Position numbers and translations under genes: made by a program
In this document: positions 1 to 13,315 of the stretch, in pieces
Layout of the letters: every line of letters begins with the position of its first letter
How positions within the stretch are numbered: position 1 is the first letter of the stretch
The notes under the pieces: model-generated
Told to the model about the DNA's origin: nothing
The model's input: the letters and a program-made list of their open reading frames with translations, nothing else
Database searches by the model: none
Source: Octopus sinensis
Taxonomy: Eukaryota
DNA: 64,000 bases
NCBI RefSeq assembly: GCF_006345805.1
Contig: NC_043000.1
Location: 131,564,001-131,628,000 of the forward strand
Direction of reading: 5' to 3'

Positions 1-2250
1 GAAACATATATTGTAAGGTTGAACAGAGATATATTATGTTAGGGCTGGAAGAAGACACAGATTATAGAGTTGTGGGGGAGACATATTGTAGGGCCGGAAT
101 AAAACACAAGTTGAAGGGCTGGGAGGAGATACACGATATAGGGCTAGAAGGTGCAGCACATTGGATAGCTGGGAGGAGATAGCTATGGTAAAGATATGAG
201 GAGACACCCATTATAAGAGTAGAAGGAGACACACATTAAAGGCTGTGAGAACACAGACATTGAAGGGCGAGGAGGAGAAACACATTGCACTGGGAGGGGA
301 CACATACTGTAGGGCTGGAAGGAGACAGATTGTAAGCTGGGAGGAGATACATATTGTAAGGGTGGGAAGAAACACCCGTAATAGGGCTGGGAGGAGACAA
401 ATATTGCAGGGAGGGCCGAGAGGAGACACACATTGTGGGGCTGGAAGAAGATACACATTGAAGGGCTGGGAGGAGACGCGCATTGTAGAGCTGGGAGGAG
501 ATAGGTATTGTAGGGCTGGTAGGAGTTACAGATTGTAGAGCGGGATGGAGACCCACATTGTAGGGCCGATATGAGACACAAGTTGCATCTTGTAGAGCTG
601 CGAGGAGATGCACATTGTAAGGCTGGGAGGAGACACACAATGTAACGGTAGAAGGAGACACACATTGCAAGGCTAGGATGTACCACGGATAGTAGAGTTG
701 GGAGGAAACACACATTGTAGGCTTGGGAGGAGGCACACATTGTACGGCTGGGAGGAGACGCATATTGTAGGGCTGGAAAGAGACACATGATGCAAAGTTG
801 AGAGGGGACACACATTGGGAGGAGACGCATATTGTAAGGCTGGGAGGAAACACGTATTGTAGGGTTGAAAGGAGTGACACATAGGGCGGGGAGGACACCC
901 TCGTTGTAGGGCCGGAATGAGACAAAATCTGCAGGACTGAGTGTAGAGACACAGTGTAGGGTTGGGAGGAGACACACATTGTAGGGCTTGGAGGAGACCC
1001 ACAGTATAGAACTGGAAGGAGACACATATTATAAGGCTGAATGTATACACATATTGTAGGGCTGGAAGAAGATAGATTGTGGGGTTGGGGGGAGAGACAT
1101 ATTGTAAGGCTAGGCGGAAGCACACATGATAGGGCTGCGAGGAGACACATTTTAAGGTTGGAAGAAGACACATGTTGTAGTGCTGAGATAAAACACACAT
1201 AGGGCGGGGAGGAAACACACATTGTTGAGCTGGGTGAAGACGCACATTGTAGGGCGGGGAGGAGACTCATTGTTGAGTCTGAATGAGAGATAAGTTGCAG
1301 GGCTGGGATTAGGCGCACAATGTAGGGCTGGTAGGAGACACACACTGTAGAAGTGGAAGAAGACTCACATTATAAAGCTGTGAGGAGACATACAATGTAG
1401 GGCTCGGAGGAAGCACGCATTCTAGGGCTAGAAGGAGACATTCATTGTAGTGCTGGAAGGAGTGACATACTGTAGGGCTGGGAGTAGTCATACATTGTAC
1501 GGCTGGAAGGAGACCCACAGTATAGAACTGGAAGGATACATATATTGTAGAGTTGCAAATAGACAGTTTGTATGGCAAGGAGGAGACACACATTGTATGG
1601 TTGGAAGAAGACACATTTTTGCAAGGTTGAGAGAAGATGCACATTGGGCTGAGAGGAAACACATCTTGTTGGGCTGGGAGGAGACGCGCATTGTAGGGCT
1701 GGGTGGAGATACGTATTGTTGGGATGGAAGAAGATACACATTGTAGGACGGGGAGGAAATCCACATTGTTGGGCCAGAATGAAACACAAGTTGCAGAGCT
1801 GGAAGTAGGCTCATATTGTAGGGCTGGGATGAGATACACATTGTAGAAGCTGAATGAGACATACATTGTTGGGAGACGCACACTATAGGGCTGGGAAATG
1901 TCACACATTGTAGGAGTGGAAGAAGACGCACATTATAAGGCTGTGATGAGACACACATTGTAGGGTTGGGAGAAGACGCACATTGTAGGGCTCGGAGGAG
2001 GCACACTTTCTAGGGCTGGAAGGAGACACATATTGTAGTGCTGGAATGAGCGGCATATTGTAGGGCTAGGAGTAGGGCTGGAAGGAGACACACATTGTAG
2101 GGTTTGGAGGAGACACACATTGTAGGGCTTGAAGGAGTCGCACATTGGATGGCTAGTAGGAGACACACATTGTAGGACTGGGAGGGGACTCACATTGTAG
2201 GGCTTGGAGGAGACACACATTGGAGGGCTGGAAGGAGCGGCACATTACAA
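1..2250. repeat. Degenerate 25-bp minisatellite array (consensus approx. CACATTGTAGGGCTGGAAGGAGACA); continues past the left window edge
   Basis: AGAAGACGCA recurs at 1921 and 1971 (two units in 50 bp). The minus-strand ORFs show a 25-aa (75-nt) periodicity, QPYNVCLLPALQCVSPPSPTMCVSS. Confidence 0.95.
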
Positions 2251-2890
2251 TGACATTTTTCGTTTATTTTTTCCAGACATATTTATATAGTTTCATACTA
2301 CATTACACAATAAACATTCCTTTATTTTTAAAGACAGTAGGGTAGGTTAAGAGAAAGAGGGGGAAGGAGGGAGATATGAGAGACTTGTTTGCTATTCCAC
2401 TCAGATCTGATGACCAAACAGAAGTTCATGAGCAAAATGAAAGTACATTCGTTCTTAGCTGAGAAGAGGCAGATAAAATGATTGCATAAAAATGATAGGA
2501 ATCTCCTTGGAACTTGATAAACAACACCGGCAGAAATTTATCAAATATAAGAGCTTCAAGGATGTGTAAGTTTTGCAATCATCTTTTCTTTCTGTGGTCA
2601 GCTTTCGTGAGTCATGGTGGTAGCTAAGTACCTTTCAGTTTGTGAAAGTATATGATTTAATCCAAGTAATGCAATGTGCGATTGTTTTTCTTTTTAATAT
2701 ATACTTTTGTTTGTACAGCTGTGTCACAGCAGTATATAGACCAAACAGAGGTCAGTGGATTTAATCACAATATATGTGTGTATATATATGTAGGTATATA
2801 CACCCACACATATTCATACATACTTGTAAGACATCATATGTGTGTGTATGTGCGTGCGTGCGTGCGTGCGTGTATGTGTATGTATATATA

Positions 2891-3770
2891 TTCTATTCTT
2901 TTATTCTTCTATACGTTTCAGGCCAGAGGCCATGGCTATACTGAGCATCGCCAGTGTAATCACCTTTTCAATGGCTATTCTTATGCGACTGGCTTTTGGT
3001 GAAGGAGGGAGTCCGACATTGCTGCATTCTTTAAATTTCTTGCCGTGATGTAGGTTCATCTAGCAAGGTAGTGAATGGCAGTGGGCCATTGAATCCCAAG
3101 CTTTTTCTGTACATGGTACTCACTCTAGACGCGATAGCTGGAAACTTTGGAACAGTGCAGTGGCGTATACTCCGGACGTATAGCTCTCGATGCCAAACTC
3201 TCCACGATCTTCCATACGTGTATCACTGCATACCTCTCCCGTCTTCAGTCCAAGGAGTAGAGTCGTAAGTCTTTCAGTCTCTTCTAGTAACTCGGCTGTT
3301 CCATTGATGCAATCTTCCTGGTGTAGCACCGCTGAACTGCCTCAAGTCCCGCCATTAATTTAACACTGTGAGGTGACCACAGTTGAGAGCTTTAGTCCAG
3401 AAGGCTGAGAACAATTGTCCTCCATAAAACCAGTTTAGTTTCCTGATCCTTTTCTCTGAAAGTTCTCAGTATTCATCCAGCCATTCGTTTGTACATCGCC
3501 ACTATCTTGGTGATATGTACAAGAAACGAGGCGCCGTTGCACATATCAATCCCCAAATCATGCACTGTACTTGACTTTGGAATTGCCGCCCCTTTTTGTC
3601 CAAAGTATTGTTGTTGCGATATGTTAGCACAAGTTAGCTGGCGACAGAGGGCTTCGAATTTTTCTACATTAAATTGCATGTTGTTTTCTTCAGTTCATTT
3701 ATATATGGTATCTAGGTCTTTCTGTAGAAGAATAGCATCGGAAGGTTCCTTGACTGCTTGTATGACATAC
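2891..3770 (-). mobile_element. 5'-truncated CR1/L2-group LINE: C-terminal RT-downstream region plus 3' tail, with stops and frameshifts
   Basis: Minus-strand translation gives LLQKDLDTIYK*TEENNMQFNVEKF, HDLGIDM, SQLWSPHSVKLMAGLEAVQRCYTRKI and RLKDLRLYSLD*RRERYAVIHVWKI, typical of CR1/L2-group ORF2. Ends in an A-rich tail near 2891. Confidence 0.85.
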
Positions 3771-3774
3771 ATCT

Positions 3775-4030
3775 ACCAAGATACGGGGAAGTAAACACCC
3801 CAACATTGGTAGTCAAGCGGTAGTGGTGGACAAACACAAGCACAAAGACACAGACATACACACAGATATATAAATAAATATACGACGGGCTTCTTTCAGT
3901 TTCCGTCTACCAAATCCGCTCTCAAGACTTTGGTCAGCCCGAAGCTATAGTAAAAAGCATTTACCTAAGGTGTCACGCAGTGGAACCGAACCCAGAACCA
4001 TGTAACTGAAAAGCAAACCTATCACACAGC
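3775..4030 (-). mobile_element. SINE family A (tRNA head, CORE-like centre), partial
   Basis: Diverged match to the reverse complement of the full copies at 5033 and 10530 (CGACGGGCTTCTTTCAGTTTCCGTCTACCAAATCC). Confidence 0.8.
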
Positions 4031-4289
4031 TTCAATAAATAGATAAATAAATAAATAAATAAATAAATAATTAAATAAAATAATAATAAAAAATATATAT
4101 ATATATTTAAAATTTATAAGTTTAATTTATTAATTTAAATAATTTTTAAAAATTTTAACTTTAATTTAAATATTTTAATTGGATTTTTATATTTTATATT
4201 TTATATTTTTTATATTTTTTAATTAATTTTATTTCTATGCATTGGCTTTTTTCACTGATTTCCCTAATAGTGGTTTTATCTCTAATTTA

Positions 4290-4348
<59 letters not shown>

Positions 4349-4423
4349 GTACACATGCATACATATACGCGTGTGTTTGTATGTATGTATGTATGTATGT
4401 ATGTATGTGTGGTGTGTGTGTGC

Positions 4424-4461
<38 letters not shown>

Positions 4462-4504
4462 TATCAATATTAGTATTAATGTCATAAGAATAAAATAATA
4501 TGAA

Positions 4505-4835
4505 TGACTCCAACCACAAGAATGAATATGGTTCCCCTCGAATCTTTACTAGTAACTACATACATGGGAAACGGTGTCTATAACCCTAGAAAGTGGAAAG
4601 CTTGCTTGAGACAGGTTACATGGTATGCCCCGTACGGGGCCCAAATAGCTACCAATATACCAAGTAAATTTTGCATAGCTTTATACAAGCACTTCCCACC
4701 ACCAAGTTAATATGGTAAGTTATTTAAGAGACACACAGTTAAATTTGGCTGAAATTATACCAGGGCATAATTCTAGTAAATTAAGAGAATTTATTGAAAT
4801 GGATTTACCCAACCATCTTAATTGTAGTAATAAGG
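4505..4835 (+). mobile_element. Penelope-like element fragment (linker between RT and GIY-YIG)
   Basis: VTWYAPYGAQIATNIPSKFCIALYKHFPPPS*YGKLFKRHTVKF then LAEIIPGHNSSKL...LNCSNK, resembling the PLE motif WFNPPY..NV.TNIG..F...KHFP..H..KIFNR.TVK.SY. Confidence 0.7.
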
Positions 4836-4867
4836 ATAGTAGTAGTAATAATGATAATATCAATAAC

Positions 4868-5020
4868 AATGGCCCAGTGCTTAGGACCACAGACTCGCGG
4901 TCGTAGGATCGCGGTTTCGATTCCCAGGGCGGGCGTTGTGTGTGTTTATTGAGCGAAAACACTTAAAGCTCCATGAGGCTCCGACAGGGGGTGGTGCCTA
5001 ACCCTGCTGTACTCTTTCAC
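4868..5020 (+). mobile_element. tRNA-headed SINE related to family C, partial
   Basis: A-box-like TGGCCCAGTGC and B-box-like GGTTTCGATTCC, then TGTGTGTTTATTGAGCGAAAACAC shared with 5705 and 19527. Confidence 0.7.
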
Positions 5021-5032
5021 CAAAATGTTATG

Positions 5033-5194
5033 GGTGCAGGAGTGGCTGTGTGGTAAGTACCTTGCTTACGAACCACATGGTTCCGGGTTCAGTCCCACTG
5101 CGTGGCACTTTGGGCAAGTGTCTTCTACTATAGCCTCGGACCGACCAAAGCCTTGTGAGTGGATTTGGTGGGCGGAAACTGAAAGAAGCCCGTC

Positions 5195-5232
<38 letters not shown>

Positions 5233-5500
5233 GTGTGTGTGTGTGTGTGTATGTGTGTGTGTATGTATGTGTGTGTGTGTGTGTTTGTGTGTCTGTGTTT
5301 GTCCCTCCAACATCGCTTGACAACCGATGCTGATGTGTTTACGTCCCCGTAACTTAGCGGTTCGGCAAAAGAGACCGATAGAATAAGTACTAGGCTTACA
5401 AAGAATAAGTCCTGGGGTCGATTTGCTCGACTAAAAAGGTGGTGCTCCCTCATGGCCGCAGTCAAAATGACTGAAACAAGTAAAAGACGAAAAGAATAAA
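5033..5500 (+). mobile_element. SINE family A, full length (the most abundant family here; may correspond to published octopus OR/OK or Twin SINEs, not verified)
   Basis: A box TGGCTGTGTGG, B box GGTTCAGTCCC, CORE-like TTGGGCAAGTG, internal (TA)n(TG)n, 3' stem-loop and AAAAGA tail. Confidence 0.9.
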
Positions 5501-5704
5501 AGAACAGTAGGAATGGTTATGTTGATAATAGTAATGATGATGTTAATGATAGTGATAATAATAATCATAGTAGTAATAGAGGTGGTGGTTGAGTTGATTA
5601 CATCGACCAGTACTCAACTGGTACTTATTTTATTGGCCCTGAAAGGATAAAAGACAAAGTCGATCTCTTCGAGATAGTCAATACCTAATTTTTTTTTTCT
5701 GTGA

Positions 5705-6003
5705 AGGCACATGGCCTAGTGGTTAGAGCAACGGACACGCGGTCAAAGGATCGCGGGATCGAATCTCAGACCGGGCAATGTGTGTGTTTACGAGCGAAAC
5801 ACCTAAGCTCCAGGCGGCTCCGGCAGAAAGTAATGGAGAACTTCTGCTGACTCTTTCGCCACAACTTTCTCTCACTCTTTCCTCCTGCATCTTGCAGCTC
5901 ACTTGCGACGGACCCGCGTCCCGTCCAGGTGGTGAACCTATACGCCAAGGAAGCGGGAAACTGGCCCTAATGAGGCAGGGATGGCTCGAGAAGGAACAAA
6001 CAA
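5705..6003 (+). mobile_element. SINE family C, full length
   Basis: tRNA-like head GGCACATGGCCTAGTGGTTAGAGC...GAATCTC. Near-colinear copies at 13937 (-) and 19527 (+). Confidence 0.85.
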
Positions 6004-6361
6004 TATTTTTTGTACTCTAGACACAAGGTTCGAAATTTTTGGAAGAAGGAGCCAGTTTCAAATTGTTTGGTTTAAAAAAATGAATTTAAAAGTCTGTGAG
6101 CCAAATTGAATAGATCTTCCGAAATTCGTTAGACGCAGGTTATATACCGAAACAGTTTCTATCCCAGTCGGTCATCCCGGTTTTCAAACAGGGAAACAGA
6201 TCCCTCGCCCAACAAAAACTCACCCAACAAAAACTCACTACTTGAATGGACCATAAGCAAAACTTGACTTAAACAGGATTCAAATAATCCTATCAGGTGG
6301 TGCTATTAAGTTAGACATGGCCTGGACCAATCATTGGTCGAAACACATCTAAGTTTATCTA

Positions 6362-6396
<35 letters not shown>

Positions 6397-7053
6397 CACT
6401 GTGGAGAGACTTTTTGAACATTGTGTATATATATATATAATTCACTGTGGAGAGACTTTTTGATTTAAATGTATAATTCTCCATTCTATTGTGTTTATGT
6501 ACTCATATGAGCAGGTGGTGCGTTATGTTCTTGAGCAAAACTCTTCATCTCAGGTTGCTGTGCAATCACTTCGATGCGTGGTATAACGAGCACCTGTTTA
6601 GACAACGTCTATTTGATGGACAGGATGAGATAATGTGCGGCACGAACATTTGATCACTATAGACAAATCACTATTAACAAATCGTTCGGCAATAGCTGAA
6701 CATTCTAACGTCGTCTTCGATGGGCAAGTCCATCTTGTATGGTTGGGGGGTGTTTATAAACATGTTTGAGTGCAAATGCATATAAAGTAAATTAAATAAA
6801 TATATAAAGACTTTTGACATCATCTAGGAAGTATTATATTGGCCTATTTGTATGTCATCTTTCATAGATTGTATTATTTTAGAGACACATATGTTTGATA
6901 TTTTTGCCATTGTTTTGGATGTTACATAAATATGTTCAAATATTTACTTTACAAACACAATTCGATATTTAGATATTTGATATCACCCTATCATCAGTGG
7001 AATGTCAAATAATGCTTGAGCTATTGCAAACAATCAAGCACACACACACACAC

Positions 7054-7144
<91 letters not shown>

Positions 7145-7199
7145 AACACGCACGCACACAAACACACACACACATACTTGCATACTTTACGTTTATTAC

Positions 7200-7509
7200 T
7201 GACACTCCGTCGGTTACGACAACGAGCGTTCCGATCATCGGAACAGCCTGCTCGTAAAAATTAACGTACAAATGGCTGAGTACTCCACAGACACGTGTGC
7301 CCTTAACGTAGTTCTCCTGAAGATTCAGCGTGACACAGAATGCAACAAGGCTGGCCCTTTGAATTACAGGTGCAACTCATCTTTGCCAGCTGAGCGGAAT
7401 GGAGCAACCTGGAATAAGTGTCTTGCTCAAGGACACGATGCGTCCCCAGGGATCGAACTCACGATTTTATGATCGTGAGCCGAGTATACTAACGACTAAG
7501 TCACACGCC

Positions 7510-7510
<1 letters not shown>
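7200..7510 (-). mobile_element. SINE family D
   Basis: Colinear with 12572-13315 (GCACTCCGTCGGTT...CCTTAACGTAGTTCTC...CTTGCTCAAGGACAC...GAACTCACGA), with a tRNA-like head on the minus strand. Confidence 0.75.
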
Positions 7511-7540
<30 letters not shown>

Positions 7541-7789
7541 CATACATAATACATACATACATACGTACGTACGTACGTACGTACATACATACACACATAC
7601 ACACACACATACATACATAATACATACATACATGCATAATACATACATACATACATACATACATACATACATACATACATACATACATACATACATACAT
7701 ACATAGGATGCATGTATTTATGTGTGTATATGTATTCCATTTCTGCTTTGTTTGATTTATCCTCAAATTTGATTTATCCGTTTATCGAT

Positions 7790-8150
7790 TTCATACTCAG
7801 TTTCTGTCATTGCGAATATTTATTTCTTCTTATAACTCCTAGGTTACATTCATCAATAATAGTGAAAACGACCACACGAAATTGTACTGAAAGTCGCTGA
7901 TATGTATTTATATCGTGCGGCCAAATAGGAGCAGAGTTTAGTATAACAAGCCGAAACTGCAAAAATAATCTGGAACTCGACTGACGAAAGAAAGCTTCGA
8001 ATGACCCGTCCTTGTATTTTCTTGTCCCTTTTTGTATCATCTAACTGTCTGGATGTCTTGTTGTCGCCTGTTGCGTTCTCGTCCCATTTTTTGTATTGTT
8101 TTTATTTTATTGTTCTTTATTGTCCTCTATTGTTCCATTTTTATATTTTT
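7790..8150 (+). repeat. Interspersed repeat family K (probably PLE-derived)
   Basis: GCCGAAACTGC...TCTGGAACTCGACTGANGA...GAATGACCCGTCC is shared with 40990, 46230, 56990, 57735 and 58915. Confidence 0.6.
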
Positions 8151-8701
8151 ATATACATATAGCAGCGTACGTACACATTTGTGCTCACCTTATAGTAGAT
8201 ACATACCTACGTATGTATATACCTACTCGGATACATATCTGCGTATGTATCTAAATTTTGTATGACTCTTACTCTATATTTTAGTCCCCCTCTTACTTCC
8301 TTTTTTCTTTTTCTCGCTCCCCCTCTCGCTCACATTTCTTTGACCTCCCTTTCTTTAACTTTCACAATTTACCACTCGTTTATCTTCCCTGTACCTTTCT
8401 CTTTGTCTCTGATTTTTTTCTAATCTTTCAATCCCGCTGCCCCCTACCCATCTCTCCTCCTACAACGTGACCGGCGTCCAGCCAGCCATGATCTTTCTTT
8501 CTTGGCCTGACTGCCGACCGCCAACACCTCTCATGTCCATCTCCTATGTTCCTGCCTTTAGGATTACACTTCATACACGCCAGCTCAATTAGACTGGTTC
8601 TCAGTCGAAAGACACCTGTTGTTATTTTCTTGTCCTGAATAGAGGACAATAAAACATTCGGACAGATAGACGATAAAAAAAGGCGGACAAGAGAAGCAAC
8701 A

Positions 8702-8768
<67 letters not shown>

Positions 8769-8848
8769 TTTTCTAGGATGTATAATAAATGTAGATAACA
8801 TATCAGACATCCATATAACGATTTGATTTTTTATAAGAGACACACATG

Positions 8849-9362
8849 CAGGGTCCATACTTAAAACATCCTCTTCTACATCATCCGTGGGGTGGGGGCG
8901 ATTTTAAAGGTCATATGCTCAGAAATATATAGCAGACGTCTCAATTATATATGTATGTATGGGGTGTGTATGTGTATATATATATGTATGTGTTGTACGT
9001 ATGTATATATATATATATATATAATTATATATTCTATATATATATATATATATAATATATATATATATGTATGTATGTATGTATGTATACCACATACACA
9101 CACACACACACACCATATATATATATTTATATGTATGTATCACACACACACATATATATATATATTAGTAAAGAGAGACAGACAGACAGACAGAACAGCA
9201 GACAGACAACAGAGACAGAGAGAGACAGACAGAGAGAGAGACAGACAGACAGACAGACAAACAGAGGTGGGGCGACTCCTGCCATATGTTTCTGAGCATA
9301 TAGCCTTTAAAATCGACCCCACAGAGATTATGTTGTGGAGGATATTTTGAGTATGAACCCTG
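8849..9362. mobile_element. MITE-like element with ~90-bp imperfect TIRs starting CAGGGT, interior filled by microsatellites
   Basis: 8849-8940 is an approximate reverse complement of 9271-9362 (GATTTTAAAGGTCATATGCTCAGAAA vs TTTCTGAGCATATAGCCTTTAAAATC). No clean TA TSD. Confidence 0.65.
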
Positions 9363-9464
9363 GTCCCTGTGTGTGTGTGTTTTTTTTATAAAAAATTAAA
9401 TCGTTATATGGAAGTCTGATATGTTATCGACATTCATTATATATATCCTTGCAAAGGCGCCAGT

Positions 9465-9645
9465 TAAAATGCTTAGCAGTACTTCGTCTGCCGCTACGTT
9501 CTGAGTTCAAATTCCGCCGTGGTCGACTTTGGCTTTCATCCTTTCGAGGTCAATAAATTAAGTACCAGTGAAACACTGGAGTCGATGCAATCGACTAGCC
9601 TCCTTCCCACAGATTTCAGGCCTTTGCCTTTAGTAGAAAGAATTT
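9465..9645 (+). mobile_element. SINE family B, partial
   Basis: GCTTAGCAGTACTTCGTCTGCCGCTACGTTCTGAGTTCAAATTCC...GTCGACTTTG...AAGTACCAG, as in the copy at 16069. Confidence 0.8.
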
Positions 9646-9881
9646 TATATCCTATCGCCTTCGTTACACGTTTGATGGGATGTCGAACACCACGACATCA
9701 AGGTATATACACGCACACACATTCTTATAGCTGTATTCCTGTAAATATGTAATCATCATTTATCAATGTATGAGTGTATTTGTGCGTGCACTTGTATGTA
9801 TCCATGTGTGTGTGTACGTGAGAATCTCTTAATGTGGTTGGGATGTGTGTGTGTGTAGATCAGTGAGTGCATATTACCCTA

Positions 9882-10004
<123 letters not shown>

Positions 10005-10248
10005 TGGGTGCATGCATTTCACCGCCAATATTGACGCGCTTATCTTGCTTTCAAATCTAAAAAAAAAAGACAACCTGTTCAGCTGTCTGATATATGTTTT
10101 TTTACACCATGACATCCTGTTCGAATTCCTTAATAATAAATAGGTAAACGAATAAAACGAATAAAAGTTTGAAGATAAATATATCAATGCAGGTAAAAAA
10201 AAAAAATTAACCGTGTATTTTTAATTTGCATTCATACAAATGATATAT

Positions 10249-10295
<47 letters not shown>

Positions 10296-10307
10296 GTAGT
10301 GTATATA

Positions 10308-10377
<70 letters not shown>

Positions 10378-10413
10378 ACATATATATTATGTATATATTA
10401 TATATAGTATATG

Positions 10414-10925
<512 letters not shown>

Positions 10926-11757
10926 AGAGAGAGAGAGAGATAATGCTGCTATTTTGTTAAACTGACGTATGTCCAAATTTGGTCAAATGCGTTGTTTTCA
11001 ATATTTATTTTTGCTTGCAGTAGCCGGTTCTTTTGGTCAAACTATCTCCAGCTGCTTCCGATGCCAAGATATCAAAAAATTGCCAGTGTAGTACAACCGT
11101 TTTGCTATGGAATGGTAAAACTATTTTTTCGTATTCTGAAAAGGCAACGTTTTGAACTTACGACACTTTTGAATAAAAGAGACGATATATATAAATAATT
11201 AATATGCACTCAACTGGTGCTTTCCTGGAAATCTACAGACCCCTCTCAGTTTACATATAAAGAAAATAAGGCCGCGTGAGGTATTGATTAGTTTAACATT
11301 ATAAACAAATCTACTACGTGTAAACAAAACCGAACTTTACTTCAAAATTTTTGATTTTCGATAAATCATTATGACCAAGGTCTTTTTGCTTCGCTTATTT
11401 TCTAAGAGGATCGAATTTTTAACCGTGTAAGTTGGGAACTTTCGATCGTTGGTTTGATTTTCACGGTGGTTTTAATACATGTGGTAATATAATATGATAC
11501 ACGTGGTAACAAACTGACAACCCGAGAGAGAAAAAGAAGTCGACCAACACCATGATAAAGCAGCCCATATCAAAGGTACCACAGAGGGACACCCCAGAGG
11601 AACCACCACCAACCTTGTTCGAGGAGAGCGGCACAAGACGCGGCCGACCTATGTATGTATGTATGTATCTATGTATGTATGTATGTATGTATGTATGTAT
11701 GTATGTATGTATGTATGTATGTTGTATGTACGTACGTACGTACGTACGTACGTATGT

Positions 11758-11857
11758 NNNNNNNNNNNNNNNNNNNNNNNNNNNNNNNNNNNNNNNNNNN
11801 NNNNNNNNNNNNNNNNNNNNNNNNNNNNNNNNNNNNNNNNNNNNNNNNNNNNNNNNN
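11758..11857. other. Assembly gap (exactly 100 N); contiguity across it is not guaranteed
   Basis: Run of 100 N. Confidence 1.
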
Positions 11858-12210
11858 ATGAAAGGCAGAGAGTGACAAACTAACAGAGAGAAAGAGAGAG
11901 AGGGGGGGAGAGAGAGAGAGAATGAAAATCTGACAGGTGAAAAAGAAAGAGGAAAGAAAGTAAGAAAGTGGGAAAGAAAAAGTGAGAAAGAAAGAAAGAA
12001 GGAAAGAAAGAAAGAAGGAAGGAATGAAAGGCAGTAGTGACAAACTAACAGAGAGAAAGAGAGAGAGAGAGTAAAAATCTGACCGAGTGAAAAAGAAAGG
12101 AGGAAAGAAAGTGAGAAAGTGGGAAAGAAAGAGTGAGAAAGAAAGAAGGAAAGAAAGAAAGAAAGAAGAAAAGAAAGAAAGAAAGAAAGAAAGGCAGAGA
12201 GTGACACACA
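11858..12210. repeat. Purine-rich tandem repeat, ~165-bp unit, about 2 copies
   Basis: ATGAAAGGCAG..GTGACAAACTAACAGAGAGAAAG...AAAATCTGAC..GTGAAAAAG occurs twice, then starts a third time. Confidence 0.7.
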
Positions 12211-12571
12211 AACTGGCGAAGTGAGAGAATGAGAAAGTAAGACAGATAAAGAGTAACAGACTGACAGAGTCAGAGAGTCAGACAGAGAGTCAGACATAAA
12301 CTGACAGAGTGTGTGAGAGAGCGAGCGAGAGAGGGGGAGATGGGGAAAAACCAATGCAAGAGATATGACAGATGGAAGAGAAGTGAGGGAGAAAGAGAGA
12401 GAGGTAGGGGGAAGACATGAAAGGAATAGTTACGAAGCACTTCATGACGTCTGTCAGCCGTGGAAGCACAAGTGTATCATAAGTGAAACGACTACGAAAT
12501 CACGAGTAGTAAGCTAAGTGACTTCAGTGATAGTTGTGTAGCTGCATGTAGGTAGGTAGTAGGTAGGTAGG

Positions 12572-13315
12572 GGCACTCCGTCGGTTGCAACGACGAGCGG
12601 TCCCAGCTGATACGACCAATGGAACAGCTTGCTCGCGAAATTAACGTGCAAATGACTGAGCACTCCACAAACATTATACCTATTTCTTTACTACCCACAA
12701 GGGGCTAAACACAAAGAGGACAAACAAGGACAGACGAAAGGATTAAGTCAATTATATCGACCCCAGTGCGTAACTGGTACTTATTTAATCGACCCCGAAA
12801 GGATGAAAGGCAAAGTCGACCTCGGCGGAATTTGAACTCAGAACGTAACGGCAGACGAAATACCTATTTCTTTACTACCCACAAGGGGCTAAACACAAGG
12901 AGGACAGACAAAAGGATTAAGTCGATTATATCGACACCAGTGCGTAACTGGTACTTATTTAATCGACCCCGAAAGGATGAAAGGCAAAGTCGACCTCGTC
13001 GGAATTTGAACTCAGAACGTAACGGCAGACGAAATACCGCTAAGCATTTCGCCCGGTGTGCTAACGTTCCTGCCAGCTCGCCACCTTAAACACGTGTACC
13101 CTTAACGTAGTTCTCGGGGAGATTCAGCGTGACACAGTGTGTGACAAGGCTGGCCCTTTGAAATACAGGTACTACTCAATTTTGCCAGCTGAGAGGACTG
13201 GAGCAACGTGAAATAAAGTGTCTTGCTCAAGGACACAACGGGAATTGAACTCACGACCTTACGATCATGAACCGAATGCCCCTGACTACTAAGCCACGCG
13301 CCGAATGGTTACGAA
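12572..13315 (-). mobile_element. SINE family D copy split by a nested family B dimer
   Basis: The family D sequence CTCCACA(G)ACACGTGT is interrupted between ~12673 and ~13086. Confidence 0.75.
12676..13085 (-). mobile_element. SINE family B head-to-tail dimer (second unit lacks the first ~47 bp)
   Basis: Two ~175-185-bp near-identical units joined at GGTATTT (plus-strand AAATACC at 12858-12864 and 13032-13038). Confidence 0.9.

Noticed and set aside
183-2220. Long Cys/Pro/Ser-rich minus-strand ORFs (up to 369 aa)
   Set aside because: They occur in all three frames with the same 25-aa period, an arithmetic consequence of a stop-free 25-bp satellite unit. There is no signal peptide or unique domain.
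1-2250. Array as a CRISPR locus, or GGGCT/GAGCT as Ig switch-like repeats
   Set aside because: There are no unique spacers, the units are contiguous and degenerate, and the context is eukaryotic invertebrate-type DNA. The pentamer similarity is expected by chance in a G-rich unit.
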